Shown here piece after piece: positions 1 to 19,400 of a stretch of 64,000 nt of DNA. Origin of the DNA: Camelus dromedarius (Eukaryota); NCBI RefSeq assembly GCF_036321535.1, contig NC_087459.1:8432001-8496000 (forward strand). Direction: 5' to 3'. Position 1 is the stretch's first letter, and each line of letters starts with the position of its first letter. A program made the translations under genes and the position numbers. Under the pieces are notes generated by a model that had not been told where the DNA came from, did not search any database, and saw nothing but the letters and a program-made list of their open reading frames with translations.

Positions 1-539
1 TCCACCCACAGCTCAGTGTGATTGAATAACCTGGTGTGTGGTTTTGCATCCATCGCCTGTGATACCAGGTTGGTGTACATCCTCTCCTGAGCTGGATTCT
101 CCATCCGCGAGGCCTGCAGATGCTGGCCTCTCAGTGGCACTGTCCCTCAGGTTCAGGCCCAAGGAGCCTAAGTCCCCTTCTCTCTCTCCCTACAGGGGCT
201 GTGTGACCGAAGTGGGCCTCCTCCACCTCCGAGATAGTGTCAGGACCCTCCATGCATCTTGGGATGGAGACAGAGCAGATGGGAGGGATGGGTGGGTGAC
301 ACTGGGCAGTATGGCAGGCACACCCCTCTGGCCAGCCCCAGTCTGGGCCAGAGTGGTCAGACTTGCTGAAGGAAGTCCTTTAGGACCCAGTCCTGTCCAT
401 CCAGGGGGATTCTCAGAGGGGACATGTCCCATTTCCTGCTGATAGCAAGGCCAGAGCCCCACCCGGGCACAAAAGGTTGCCCTTCTCTAGCTCTTTCTTT
501 AGGATAACACAGTCATTTCTTCCTCTCTGATGTAAAAAT

Positions 540-1070
540 TTCCTCTTCTGGCCGACATAGAGTAACAGGAACTGGATTTACCCTTCTACCTGAAACAAGA
601 GAACAACCAGACAAAACCTACAAAACTGTGGTTTTCAGACATTGGGCAGCAGTATTGCTGAGAGACAGGAAGGAGGGGGTGAGTCCTAGGATCACCCCAG
701 CTTATTGCCAGTGGTGCAGGGAGGGGAACTGAGGCCAGCCAGGTGTCTCCCTGGGATGAAGAGCTGGGCTGAGCATGCAGGGAACCAAGGTGGCTAGAAT
801 CTGTCGGATGGAGTAAGTGCTGGAGAGGAGAAAGCCACGTGCAGAGTGAGCCTGGAGATCTGCAGAGGGCCCCCCAGTCTTCAGCTGAGGGCTGAGGGGC
901 CCGGGTAGGGGAGTCACTACGGCTGGGGCAAGAACCACATCAAAGGATTGGAAGGAACAGCCCTCAGGTGTCACACGTGGCTGGGCACAAGGCACACTCC
1001 CAACAGAGCCCACTCCACGTGAAGGTCACCCTTCAGTACTCTAGCAAGAAGGCTCAGTTATGCCCCTGAA
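540..1070 (+). mobile_element. Ancient LINE-1 (L1M-type) 5' region fragment
   Basis: TTCCTCTTCTGGCC...GAGTAACAGGAACTGGATTTACCCTTC...CCTGAAACAA...GGTTTTCAGACATTGG...GAGATCTGCAGAGGGCCCCC...GTCTTCAGCTGAG resembles old eutherian L1 5' ends. Recognised from memory; subfamily not determined. Confidence 0.5.
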
Positions 1071-1225
1071 CCACCTCTCACTTAACGTTCATCCGGTTAC
1101 AGCCGTGGTCCGCATTCCTTAATGATTCCTACTTTCATGTCCTTGGAGAACTAATAAAGATCTCCCCAGAACCTACTCTCTCTGATCCGTCCCTAGACTG
1201 CTGAGTTTTCTATGGAAGTCCTTTT

Positions 1226-1885
1226 CTAAAAAATGGAGATGAAATTCACATAACAATATAAATCACTTTATTTTGTGACAGTGAATGATTCAGCGGTGTT
1301 TCATACCTTCCCAAAGTTGTGCAACCACCGCCTCTATCTAGTTTCACAAACTTTTTATTCCCCAAAAGAAAACTCCATGCCTAAAAGAAAAAAAGAAAGA
1401 AAATTTAAAAATTAAAAAAAAACAAACAAAACAAAACAAAACAAAAACCAAACAAACAATAAATACATTTTTAAAAAGAATTTTTACAAAAAGAAAGAAA
1501 ACCGCATGCCCATGAAGCACTGACCCCTTTTCCCCTTCCCTGAGCCCCTGGAAACAATTGATCTGTTTTCTGTTTTTAAGGATCTGCTAGTCTAGAAAAT
1601 TCACATTCATGGAATCATATAATATGTGTCCTTTTGTATCTGTCCCCTTTCACTCAGCCTTTTTTCCAGCATGCTAATGTTGTCACACGTATCACTGCCT
1701 CATTTCTTTTTATGGCTGAATAGTATTCCATTGTATGGATGCACCACACTGTGTTTATTCCTTCACCAGCTGATTGACACTTGAGTTGATTCCACCCTTT
1801 GGCTTTTGGGAATAATGCTGCCACGAACAGTGGTATACAAGTTTTTATTTGCACACCATGTTTAAATCTTGTAAGTATATACATG
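1226..1885 (-). mobile_element. L1M (L1MB-like) 3' end, antisense, interrupted by an A-rich insert
   Basis: Diagnostic stretches GGAATCATATAATATGTG, TTTTTATGGCTGAATAGTATTCCATTGTATGGAT and GAATAATGCTGC. A-rich insert at 1382-1493. Confidence 0.75.
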
Positions 1886-4129
1886 GAGGGCTTATGTTAT
1901 AGTCACAGTTTCTCTTAACCAGCCCTCCATCACCTGAGCACTGCCTATATGACCTCGAGGCACCTGCTGCCTGCTCCGCCCCCTGTGCTTTTTCCATTGC
2001 TCTGGAGAGTGGTCCTCCTCCTCAGGGAACATAAGGCAGATGCGGAGGAAAGAGAAAAATCGAGTTCAGAACTAGAGACCCTGAGAGAGGAGCACAAAGG
2101 GCCACAGGAGAGGGGCGCTTCCTGCAGGGGAGAGAGGCCCTGGCTATGGTTGTGCCCAGGACTGATGGGTCCAGTGGCTCAGATGCTGACCCCAGGGGAA
2201 AAGTGGATGAAATGGATTCACTGGGTCCAGAGGCCCCTGACTCACTCCCTATCCTCCACCCTCCCCCATTTCCTCAACCTTCCCTATTCCCCTCCCCCTC
2301 AACCTGGCCTTTAATTCCAAGGAGGGAGTCCTCAGGAGTCAGCACTTGCCAATTTAAGAGGAAACTTCTAGAAAGGGACAGTCCCATAAAATGAACCCCT
2401 GGGCTCAGGTATCAGCAAATCCCCAGCTCCCCACTGCACATCTTCTGGGGCACAGAGGGGGTCCAGAGTCCCAGCAGGCCACCGTGGCCACCCAGAGGGA
2501 AGCACTGGGGGTCTGCATGCTGTCCTTGGTCTGTCCCAGCCGTGGTGCAGGGGAACCCTTCTGGTCACTGCAGTCCAGAAGCTCCTTAATGGGAGCCTGG
2601 TGGGCTGGTGAGCAGAGGGTGGGTATCAGGCCTATGAAGCCAGGAAAGAAGTGGGGAGCTCCCAAGAGATTCCAGTCATTGGAAGGCAAAGCTGTCTCTC
2701 CCTCCACGCATCACTCAAGCCTCCCTTGCCCATGGCCTGATCCCCTCCCGGAAACAGGACCATACAAATCTTGGGAGGGGCCTCTGGATCTGGCTGGAGA
2801 GATAGGTACCAGACATGTTCACCTGGGCTACATGGGGACCAGCCACGGGGACCAGGAGGATGAGGTCTTTCCCCAAAGCACCCCTCATCCTGCGGCAAAG
2901 GGGGTCCATGAGTGCTGCCCAGAACAGTCCCCCCGTGATCCAGACTTCACCTCAGAGCCCAGTCTCTCTTCCCACACCTGGCCCAGCTCTGTGGCCACTC
3001 TTAGGAGCCTGAGAGAGAAGCAAATAAGGTCATTCCACTGGGCCCCACCTGCTCTGACCACAGAGGGACCACCTCTGAGGACAGGAGTCAGCAGGTAGGT
3101 GGCCACAGCTGTGCTCTGAGCATCCCCAGGCTGGCAGGGCCTCCCTGGGGAAGGGAAGGAATCAGACCTCACAGAGGACAGCTGGCAGTGGGCTTATAAG
3201 TGATGCATGTGCAAACAATGATAAGGAGGAGGATGGGGAAGTTGCTGGCACTTTCTGGAGCTCCTCCCCTCAACTAGAATGAAGATACGTGTAGAAAAGT
3301 ATTTGGGGGCAAATAGGAAGGATGGATCCAGGTCTGATGCCTCCCCTGTCTCCAGCCTGATGGAGGGGCCAATCAGGCCACTCAGGCCAGGGTCTTCTCA
3401 GGGTCTTCAGCTCAGTGTAGAGAACACTGTCCTCACCCCACTGGGCAGGGATGAAGGGCCCCACGGGCCCCTAAACCCTACCAATCATGACTAGGAGGTC
3501 TGGGGCAGGGAAAGGACACCCAAGGTAGAAGCAGCCACCCACCCCTAAATGTCTCCAAGCCCCTTCCAGGACACCAGGGCTGTGAAGACCCCCACCCGCC
3601 GCCACCCCATCCTAGTCTGGCTGCCCCTTCTGCACTGGGGGGAACAGGAAGAGGGTAATTGAATCAGGGTTGCTCATTCCATCTGGAAACTTCCAACATG
3701 GAAAACCTACTGAACAACTGGGGAAGCAATTTGGGACTTTAATTAAAGGCCGGTGACTCTCCCCCGGAGCCCCACCCCACGCACAGCCAGGAGGACCCCC
3801 ACATCCGTCCTCAGTGTGTTCTGAGGCCCAGCTGGGCGCCTGGTGCTGGGCGTTGGCTCTTGGGCCTGGTTGCCACTGGGAGGAGGGTGAGCAGAATGAG
3901 CCAGTTCACCCTTCCTCCTGGCTGCTTCCAGACTCTGCATTCTGAGCTGGCCCTGGGCCCCAAAACCAGACAAACTAGTGGCCCCCACAGCTCTGCTTCC
4001 AAGAAGCTTCAGGAATGGATTAGTGGGTCATGTTGGCAGGCTCGGGAAAGGGATTCTAAGCCCCTCTAGGGAGAAAATGAGCTTGGAGTGAAAGTACAGC
4101 TACCCTATTCTAAGTCTGCCTCCTCTCCG

Positions 4130-4420
4130 TCTGCTCCTTCTGCAAGGAATGGCATTCCAGGCAGAGGGAACAGCATATGCAAAGACTATGAGGTTGGAAA
4201 GATCACGGCAGGTGGAAGGAGCTAAGGGGGCAGAAGCTGAGGGGTGAGAGGAGCACACAGGCTTGGGGGTGGGGCTCACCTCTGAGGGCCTCAACAGCTG
4301 CGTTCAGGCATCTGGTCTTCATTCTAGAAGCAATGTGAGTGGGGGCAAAGATGGGAGTGTTTTACAATAATGGGATCTGGTTTACTCTGAAGACACCCCT
4401 CTGGCTGCTGTGCGTGCAGA
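4130..4420 (-). mobile_element. LINE-2 fragment
   Basis: GGCATTCCAGGCAGAGGGAACAGCATATGCAAAG is the reverse complement of the conserved L2 core. Confidence 0.6.
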
Positions 4421-6199
4421 GAGCTAATTGTAGGAGAACATCCAGTCGTGAGATGGCAAAAGTTTGGACAGGGTATGTCCAGGGAGAAGAAGAAACATAC
4501 ATGGACCAGGCTGGGAACTATGCCAGGGGTCAGGGGCTGTCCTGCCTTCCCTGATGCCCCTGCCACCCAGGGCAGGCTGCCATGCCATCCCTAAGTGAGT
4601 ACCCCTTGCAGGGAATGGGGACACAGCTGTCAAGCCCAGGGCTTGTCACTCAGCAGGATCCCAAGGTGCAGTGTGACCTGTCCTCAACATTGTTATTGCA
4701 AATTGGACCAGCCCTGCCTCCACCCACATCAGAGGTCCGAGCTGGGGAGGAGGCTGTGGGTACCTCTCACCCACATCTGCCCACATTTGCCATCACATTT
4801 CCGCCAAGGTAGCTTAGAACTAGTCCCCAGCCCTGCCTGTGGCCTTGCCCTGATGGCAGGCTCTGGAGGCAGTTGCTGGCCCCCTTAGGGCAGCTCCACA
4901 CTGGCATGTCCTGTGGGCCCAGAACCAGCAAGGGGTGCGCTGCTAGAGACAGATGCCCCCGTCTCCCTCCCCATCTTCTGTTGAGCCTTTTCTCACACCA
5001 ATACCAGCTGACCCAAAATACACACCACCCGTGGGGTCATGTGAAAACAGTCACCATGGTGACTGGTGGGGTGTCTGGCTCAGTCAGCCAGAGCGGGTGC
5101 TGGTGCCACTGCTCTGAAATCCTCCCTCGCTGCCACCCTGGATCTTAGGACAGGGAGAAGCTCCAAGTACCCCAGGGGTGGAAAGGCCACATCAGGGCCA
5201 AGCATCTGATATAGATCTAAGGGCTGGGGTGCAGGGGCCACAGCCAGGTCCCACAAGGGCCCAGGGCATACCAGAGCTGGGCCTAAGGACCCCTGGGGGT
5301 CACTGTCAGGGCAGTTGGTGGGCACCTGGCAGACAGCACTGTAGCCAGGAGCAGGTGACAGTCATTACTGAGGGGGCCCTGCAATTCTGGGAGAGACAGG
5401 TGAACAGGGCACCCCAGCCTGCCCAAATCTGGCCTAACTTGGTTGGGGGTTAACAGGCAGCTGGGTTGCCACTGGGTGTTTATTCCTGCCCATCCCAGAG
5501 GAGGGAGCACTACGTGGATAAGCACCAGGGAACTAGGGCACAGAGGGCCTGGGGGACTGGGCATGGCCCAAGGAGTGCGCAGGATCTGGTGGGTGGGGCC
5601 TGTGGTGTGGGCTTTGCTTGGTGGGCGTGGCCTGGGTGGGTCATGTGCGGTTTTGCTGCAAGCTGCTTAGAGGCTGTTAGAACCACCCCTGCACACAGGA
5701 GTCACCTCATACTCGCTACTGGCAATTTCACCAGATTTCCAGGAGGGAGTGTCCAAGGGGCACTAGGACGCAGAATTAGCTGGGGTCTTGGGTGCAGCCT
5801 GGAAAGCTGGACAGATCCAGCTTTAATCCTGCCCCACCGCTCAAGTGGGCCACGTGAGGCCTCAGTTTTCCTGTCTGGAACACAGGGACAGTCCTCCTTG
5901 GCACCCCAGGTCTGAGAAGAGAGCCCGAGGATGACCTCCTGAGTCACTAGGGCCTTAGCCCTGTGTGTCACTGAGCAGGCCCCAAATGCCTCTGAGCCTC
6001 AGTTGCTCATTTGTGACAGGCGGCCAAGCTCCCTGCACACCTCGAGGGATGTATAACCACCATCAGGTTTTTAACCACTCGTGGCATGAACAGTGCCTGG
6101 TTGAGTTAGCTGGTATGAGTATCATTTCCCCAGGAGATGGCACCTCCTAACCTGAACCCTTCAACCCCCAAGGGCACGTACAAGAACAGAGATCCAAAC

Positions 6200-6205
6200 T
6201 TTATT
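6200..6205 (-). terminator. Poly(A) signal AATAAA of HS3ST6
   Basis: TTTATT on + strand, about 115 nt downstream of the HS3ST6 stop. Confidence 0.75.
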
Positions 6206-6320
6206 TTGTAAATACTCCTCTCTACCCAGTATATGTACACGGCCCACCCTGGCCAGGTGACAGGCATAAATTAAGGTTTTACCCGAGTCCCCAAGCAGGG
6301 CATGGGCGGGCCAGGCCTTG

Positions 6321-13150
<6,830 letters not shown>

Positions 13151-15039
13151 GCGCAGAGGGGGTTCCCGGAATGTCGAGGGAAGTCTGCATAGGATTGGAG
13201 CGCGCCCTGCTGGTCTAGGTTTGCCTTGCCATTGCCATTCGTCAGGATCACGGGCCTGGCAGCTGGAGAGGACTAGTCAACTTTGATTACCATTTTAGAG
13301 TCTGGGAGACAGGCCCAGGGAGGACAGACGTCCTTCCAAAGAGCCCAGTGAAGTTCAGGCATCAGGCTCCTGACACTTTCTACCGTATCACGCAGTCTGT
13401 CTGCAGCCGAGTCCATCTGATGCTCCTGTGAGATGTCAGTGACCCATCTCTGATGCTGGCAAAGTAGCTCCTATTGGAGATGTGAAGGATTCAGGAGACC
13501 TGTGCTGGGGAAACTAGAAGGAGGAGCCTAGATCCTGTCCTAAGAGCTTCCTCTGAGGGGCAGGGAGACTCAGTGGCCATGCAAGTAATGAGACCTCCAG
13601 GGCACTGGACACTGCAGGAGCTTTATGCACCCCCAGCTTCATTGAACCCCCAGCACAGCAAAAGGAAGGCAGAGAAGGAGGGCTGGCTGGGAAAGAGTGA
13701 GTCACTGGTAAAGAAGGAATCAAACCCACGTCCTCGCTTTGCCTCTGCCTCAGCCTTCCTGGCCTCACAGTTGGTGCAGGTGGGCACAAGCTCCCCATAG
13801 AGACCAGCCTTTCTCCAGCCAATGCCCAGAGACCACTGTGCTGGCTTCTGCTGGTTAATGGGCTGCTCCTGAGCCTAATGGTAACTGGATCTAAGGGCAT
13901 TGGGAAGGAGATTCCTAGGGGAAGGAGCACTTCCCAGGGGCAGGGGCCTCCATGACCCATAAACACGTCTAGAGTTCTCACCCAGAGGCAGCCCTGGCGG
14001 GAGAGGGCTCTATGGAGCCAGTGGGGTGAAGACCACTGACCAGGGCCCCAGTTCAGTTCCCAGATGCCATGTCTGCACCTGCTTGTCAGGGCAAGACTCA
14101 GCCAGGAGCCCCGTGGGCGGGGTGTTGGCGGGGTGTTGGCACAGCACTGTCTGGGGTGCATGCTGGCACATGCAGGGTCACAGGAAGTTCTTCTTCTGGT
14201 CTAGCTTAAAACAGGATTTGTTCCAGATAGGCTAGTTCTCCTTAGCACTCTCCCAGGTAGGATCCAACTCCACCTGCAGAACCTACCCACAGTCTTAGCA
14301 GCCACCACTCAGGGCTCCCAATTCTAGCGTTAAAACCTAGTCTTCCATCTCCTTGCACCACCACAGGCATAGCTGTTCCCACCTCCTAGTCTTTGCTCAT
14401 GCTTTTCTCCCTGCTGGGAATGCCTTTTCCATACCCCCTCCCCCACACATAAACACACACTAGCTTGAGGACTTTCCAGGAAGAATTTAGCAAGAACAGC
14501 AGGACATCGACCATGCTGGGGGTGGGAGACTGAGGTCCAGGAACAAGAGTGTGCTTGAAGTGTCTGACAGCCAATCCCCTCGCTCCACACACCATCCGGC
14601 TCTCAGGTGAGGGGTGGGTGAAAATCTAGGGACATCCAGGATGGTAGTCTTGGGATGTCTGTTCATCAGCATATCCCCAGTTCCTCACAGAGCCTGGCAC
14701 CTGCTAAGCACTCAATAAAGTCCAGCTGGTAGAAGGACAGGAGTAGAGAGAGAGGTTGACAAAGCCTTTCTAGAGGTGATGGTCAGGCAAGGAGCAGGTA
14801 AACAGCATCCCAGCCAGCTGGGGAAAGGCTCAGCAGCAGGGAGCAGAAGTGGGGTGCAGTGGGGGAAGCGGAGGAATTGGGTAGAGCCCGAGGTCCATTC
14901 CCAGGGAGCAGACCCTTAGAGTCTGGCCTGAGGCTGGTCCCAGTCTCAACTTCCTTTCAGCACATGGTCTCAGGCCCCTCCCACCCCAAGGCTCTGGTCC
15001 CTAAAATGGCAACCTCAGTCCTGACTCTGAAGAAACAGC

Positions 15040-15605
15040 TTCATCGAAGTGCAATTCCCCTACCATGCAATTCAACCATGTAGCATCTCAAATTCAGTGG
15101 TTTTCAGTATATTCACAATGTTGTCCAANNNNNNNNNNNNNNNNNNNNNNNNNNNNNNNNNNNNNNNNNNNNNNNNNNNNNNNNNNNNNNNNNNNNNNNN
15201 NNNNNNNNNNNNNNNNNNNNNNNNNNNNNNNNNNNNNNNNNNNNNNNNNNNNNNNNNNNNNNNNNNNNNNNNNNNNNNAGTGGAATCATACATTGTGTGG
15301 CCTTTTGCAACTGGCTTCTTTCATTCAGCGTAACATGTTCAAGGATCATTCATGATTTAGCATGAGGGTCAACTCTTTGTTCCTTTTTATGGCTGTATAA
15401 TATTCTGCTGTGTGGATGGACCACATTCTGTTTATCCTTCCATCAGCTGATGAACACATAGGTTGTTTTGACATTTTGGTTCTTGAGAATCATGCTGCTG
15501 TGAACGTTTATTTACAAGTTCTCATGTGGACATGTTTCATTTCTCTTGGGTGTATACCTAGCAGTAGAATTGCTGGGTCAGATGGTAACTCTACACTTAG
15601 CTCTT
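15040..15605 (-). mobile_element. L1MB-like 3' end, antisense, spanning an assembly gap
   Basis: GTGGAATCATACA...TTTTGCAACTGGCTTCTTTCATTCAGC...GCTGCTGTGAAC...AGTAGAATTGCTGGGTCAGATGGTAACTCTA. Confidence 0.75.
15129..15278. other. Assembly gap (150 N)
   Basis: Run of N inside the L1 fragment. Confidence 1.
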
Positions 15606-18600
15606 TATGAAGAGTCCTTTTGAAAGTTAAATTTGGGAATTTCAGAATCTGCCTCTCCACGTTCCTTCCCTCTTCCCCAGGATGCCTGAGTTGCTCCTCC
15701 ACTCTGCCTCCACCCTGCCTTGCTATCAGACACCAGCTCCAGCTACCCACTTGCTCCCTCCTTTGTGACCCAGGGATAGTGGGTTCCCCTCTCTGAGCCA
15801 CATGGTGAAAAGTTTCTTTGGGGCCCTAAAAGAGACTGGCCATGGGGACACAGGGTGGGTGGCTTTCCTTGTGCCCTGAGAGGATGGTTCACCTCCTGCC
15901 CCATCTGGTCACCCCTCCTCTGTCCAGAGGAAATAGGTGTGAGCAAGTCCCTTCTGCCCAGCCTGACCTCCCCGGGGGCCCCTTGGCTTTGAAGGCTTGG
16001 CATGGCCTAATTTCAGTTCCCCTTTCACCTCGTCCAGACCCCTCGCCCAGGCAGGATGGCCACACAGAGGTCCATCTGCTCAGCCTCCTTAGGACAGCCG
16101 TCAGATATGCAGACAAGTCAGGTCTGATGTGGTGGCTGGCCAGGAGGATGGAGAATTTGAAAAAGGAGGTGAGCTGAGCTGCTCAGGCTGCTGAACCAAG
16201 TAAATACTGTCCCTGGGGGAGACGACAAGGAGGGCCAGAGCAGAGGGGGACAGACAGGGCAAGTCTAGAGAAGGCATCTTAGGGAGCAAGGTAATGGTGG
16301 GAGGAGGACACAGCCTGGCCTCACAAATCCATGACCCAGCTACCCAGCTATGTCTGTATCTCCTTCACAGACTGTAACGCTTTCTCTGTGGGTGATTCTG
16401 ATCGCCATCTATCTCCTCCACCCACCCATGAGCTCTGCAAGGACAGGATGGGTCCATCTTGATCCCTTCTGTGGCTCTGTGCCTAACCACGCTGAGTGCT
16501 TATGAATGTCTGTTGAGTGACTGAGTGACCAATTCTGTGTGTGTGTCTGAGAGAGTCTAGGTGTGGAGCCCTCTCCCAAGGCCCCCCTCCACCCTCTTTC
16601 CAGCCTAAGGTGAGCACCCACACACAGCCCAGGACCCCACAGGGAACAGTGCAGGGTATACAAGCAGCTGCCCCACTCTAGAAAGTGATTAATAACACCG
16701 TGCAGTCCCACCCTCCGTGGGGGAGAGCTGGGGGAGATTTCACACATGCAGGGTTTCCAGAAACTTCCTCCTTTAGAACTACACCCTTACCCCCCCAGAC
16801 CCACTCCCAGAGCCTGCTGGGATTCCTCAGAGGGGAGGGGGCCGCGGCAGAGAGTGGGGCCAGCTGTCTTTGATTTGTGTGGGGTTTTTCCACTTCAGAT
16901 GCCAGATTTGCCTGAGCACATAGAGGATGCGGTTTTCTGCGGGGGAGGGGCGTCTAAGGGATGTCTACCCCCCACCCCACCCACCCACTCCTAGAGCCCA
17001 GTTCAGCCTGGTAGGCAATGATGGGGTCAGGCAGCCATTACTAGGGGTGGGACACAGTACAAAGCTGACAAGCAGGAACTTTTCCGGCACTGGGAGCTGA
17101 TTCAAGCTCAGCTCTACCCCTCCTAGCAGGTGACCCCGGCAGGTATCCAGCCCCAGGAAGACCCAGAACCCAGAGCCCCAGGCAGAGCATCATGGGACAA
17201 ATGCCTTGAACTCTGCCCTGCTCCCTGCCAGACCCCTCCCTAAGCTGCAGGCTTCCTTCTCTGACCACAAGATCTTCAAAATTGACCCCCACCCCATCCT
17301 CGGAGAACATTCTTGTCCCCTACACTGGTCACTGCTGCCCTTCCTCTGATGCCAGCTGCCCTGTCCTCCCCCAGCCTCCAGACACACACCAGGGGCTCCG
17401 GTCTCAGAGATAGGGACCCAAGAAAAATCCACACTCCTGAGATTAAGGGAGCAAAAGTCCACTGCAGATGGAGGTGAAAGGGAGAGCCCAGGGCAACAGA
17501 CAGACTGCATCTCAGGGAGCAGAGCCCACAGGGCCCTATCTCCTCTCTGCACCAGCCTCTAGCAGTGCGGGTGCCAAACGCTTTGAAGCCAAGAGTAGCT
17601 TGTAAATGTCCTGGTTGGAGATGAAACATGATAAGACATGAAGCCAGGGGCTGAACCATGGATAATCTCCAGGGTTTTACAAGGAAAAAATCATGCCTAG
17701 AGACAGGTGCTGGCAGGGTGGTGAGGGCTGGGGTGGATGGCGCTTATCTGCAGGTAACCCTCAGCCCCGTCCCCAGCAGCCTCCCCTTCTGTCCGCTACC
17801 GGAGGCCCAGCAACTGTCCTCCCTGTGCTTCTTGCCCTTAAGCTCCTGAAGCAGAGCCCTAGTGCCCAGGATCAGAGTAGACTGGCAGGTGGTTCTGGGG
17901 TTCCTGCATCCCCCAGGCCACGGATACACTCATGTAGATGCGTGCTTCGCTCATCCTGAGACTGTACGACACCTACAGGGGGAGTGGGCAGAAGGCAGAA
18001 CAATTGGATGCACATTCAGCTGATGCTACATGTGCAGCCCAGGAGACCCACAGTGCCTCCTGGGGAAGGAGAGAGCCACTGCGACAGAGCAACCAGGAAA
18101 GGCTTCTGGAAGGATTCCGGCAGGACATGTTGCGAGAGGATAAGGAAGAAGGAATAGCAAACTCTGGGAGCCAGGAACACAGGAGCATATTTCTAGAACG
18201 GAGTCTGGCTGGCCTAGAGTCCCAGGTGCAGGGGTTTGGGTGCAGAGGGTGTAGGTAATAAAAACAACAAAGTTGTTAAATAAATAACACAGCTAAAATT
18301 AACACAGATAAGTAAAACAGCTATTATTTGTGGAGTGGGAAATCAAGCTGGAGGGGGCATTCTCCTGAACCTTAGCAAGCAGAGCCTGTGGGAACCACTG
18401 AAGGAAGTGACCTTGGTCTGATTATTACTTTGCAAAGATCACCTTGGTTGGGACAGGTAGGAGCTGTCACTTGTCGGGGAGAGAAGTGGGCAAAGATGCG
18501 TAGGAGCTGGAACTTCAGGACTTGATGCCCCTGGAGTGGGCCAGGGTGGCAGCAAGTAAAACGTAGGCGTGAAAGGGCCACAGCGAGGGAAGGCCGGGGG

Positions 18601-18699
18601 CACCAGTAGGGTGGGTCCCATCCATCTGCCCTGAATAAGGGGCTTGGGCTTGGCTGGAGCTGGGAGGTTCCTGCCTCCCCCCCCAACCCAGCTCTGTCC

Positions 18700-19400
18700 T
18701 CCACCAGCTGACTGCTGACGCTGACGGCGGCGGCAGCGGCGGCAGAGGCACCTTGGGCCTCGACTGCTTTCCTTGCACAGGTCACTTTCTCGAAGCCCAT
18801 CAAATGGGCCCCCACCACCAACACCACCAGCAACGGCCCCCACATCCTCGGAAGCCAGGAGGCCTCAGCTTGTGTGCCGGCACTGGCATGTTGGGCGCCA
18901 GCGAACTAGGTAGGCAGGGGACGCCGGCTCTGACCACTGGATGCCCCGGGGAAGCCGGGCCGGGGCTCGGGGCGGTGCTAGGGCTGGCGGGGAGGAGGGG
19001 AGTGCGGGGGAGGGGCCAGTGGGTCGGGGTGGGGCTGGGGCGCGAGGGGCGTGAGGGCCGCGAGGGGGCTCCAAGTCCGGCTGGGATCCGGGCGCGGGTG
19101 GGGAAAGGAGTGGGGGAGGGGAGGGGCGGGGCATGGGAGGCGTGGAGCTGCTGGAGCGCAGGGTGGGGCTGGGGTGCGAGAACCCGGCCCGGCAGCGGGG
19201 ATCACGGGTGGTGCGGCGTGAGGCCCGAGCCTAAAGCAGGGAATCGCCCAGGCCATTGGAGCTGTAGCCACAGCGCCCCCGGCGGCGCCTCGGGGAACTG
19301 CAGCCCCGCTGGGACCCGCCCCAGCGCAGGACCCCATAGAGCAAGCGCGGCCCCTGCTGGTGGATCCTGCACTCCGTGCTTGCGCCCGGTCCCAAGGGCT
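18700..19400. promoter_or_regulatory. Orphan CpG island with G-quadruplex-prone tracts
   Basis: Abrupt CpG enrichment and multiple GC boxes; GGGTCGGGGTGGGGCTGGGG at 19021-19040; no recognisable CDS. Confidence 0.6.

Noticed and set aside
38-5971. Many 60-235 aa ORFs downstream of HS3ST6 (e.g. 2391-3098, 235 aa)
   Set aside because: No recognisable domains or splice-consistent exon chains. Several start at non-ATG codons in the ORF track, and such ORFs are expected by chance in GC-rich mammalian DNA.
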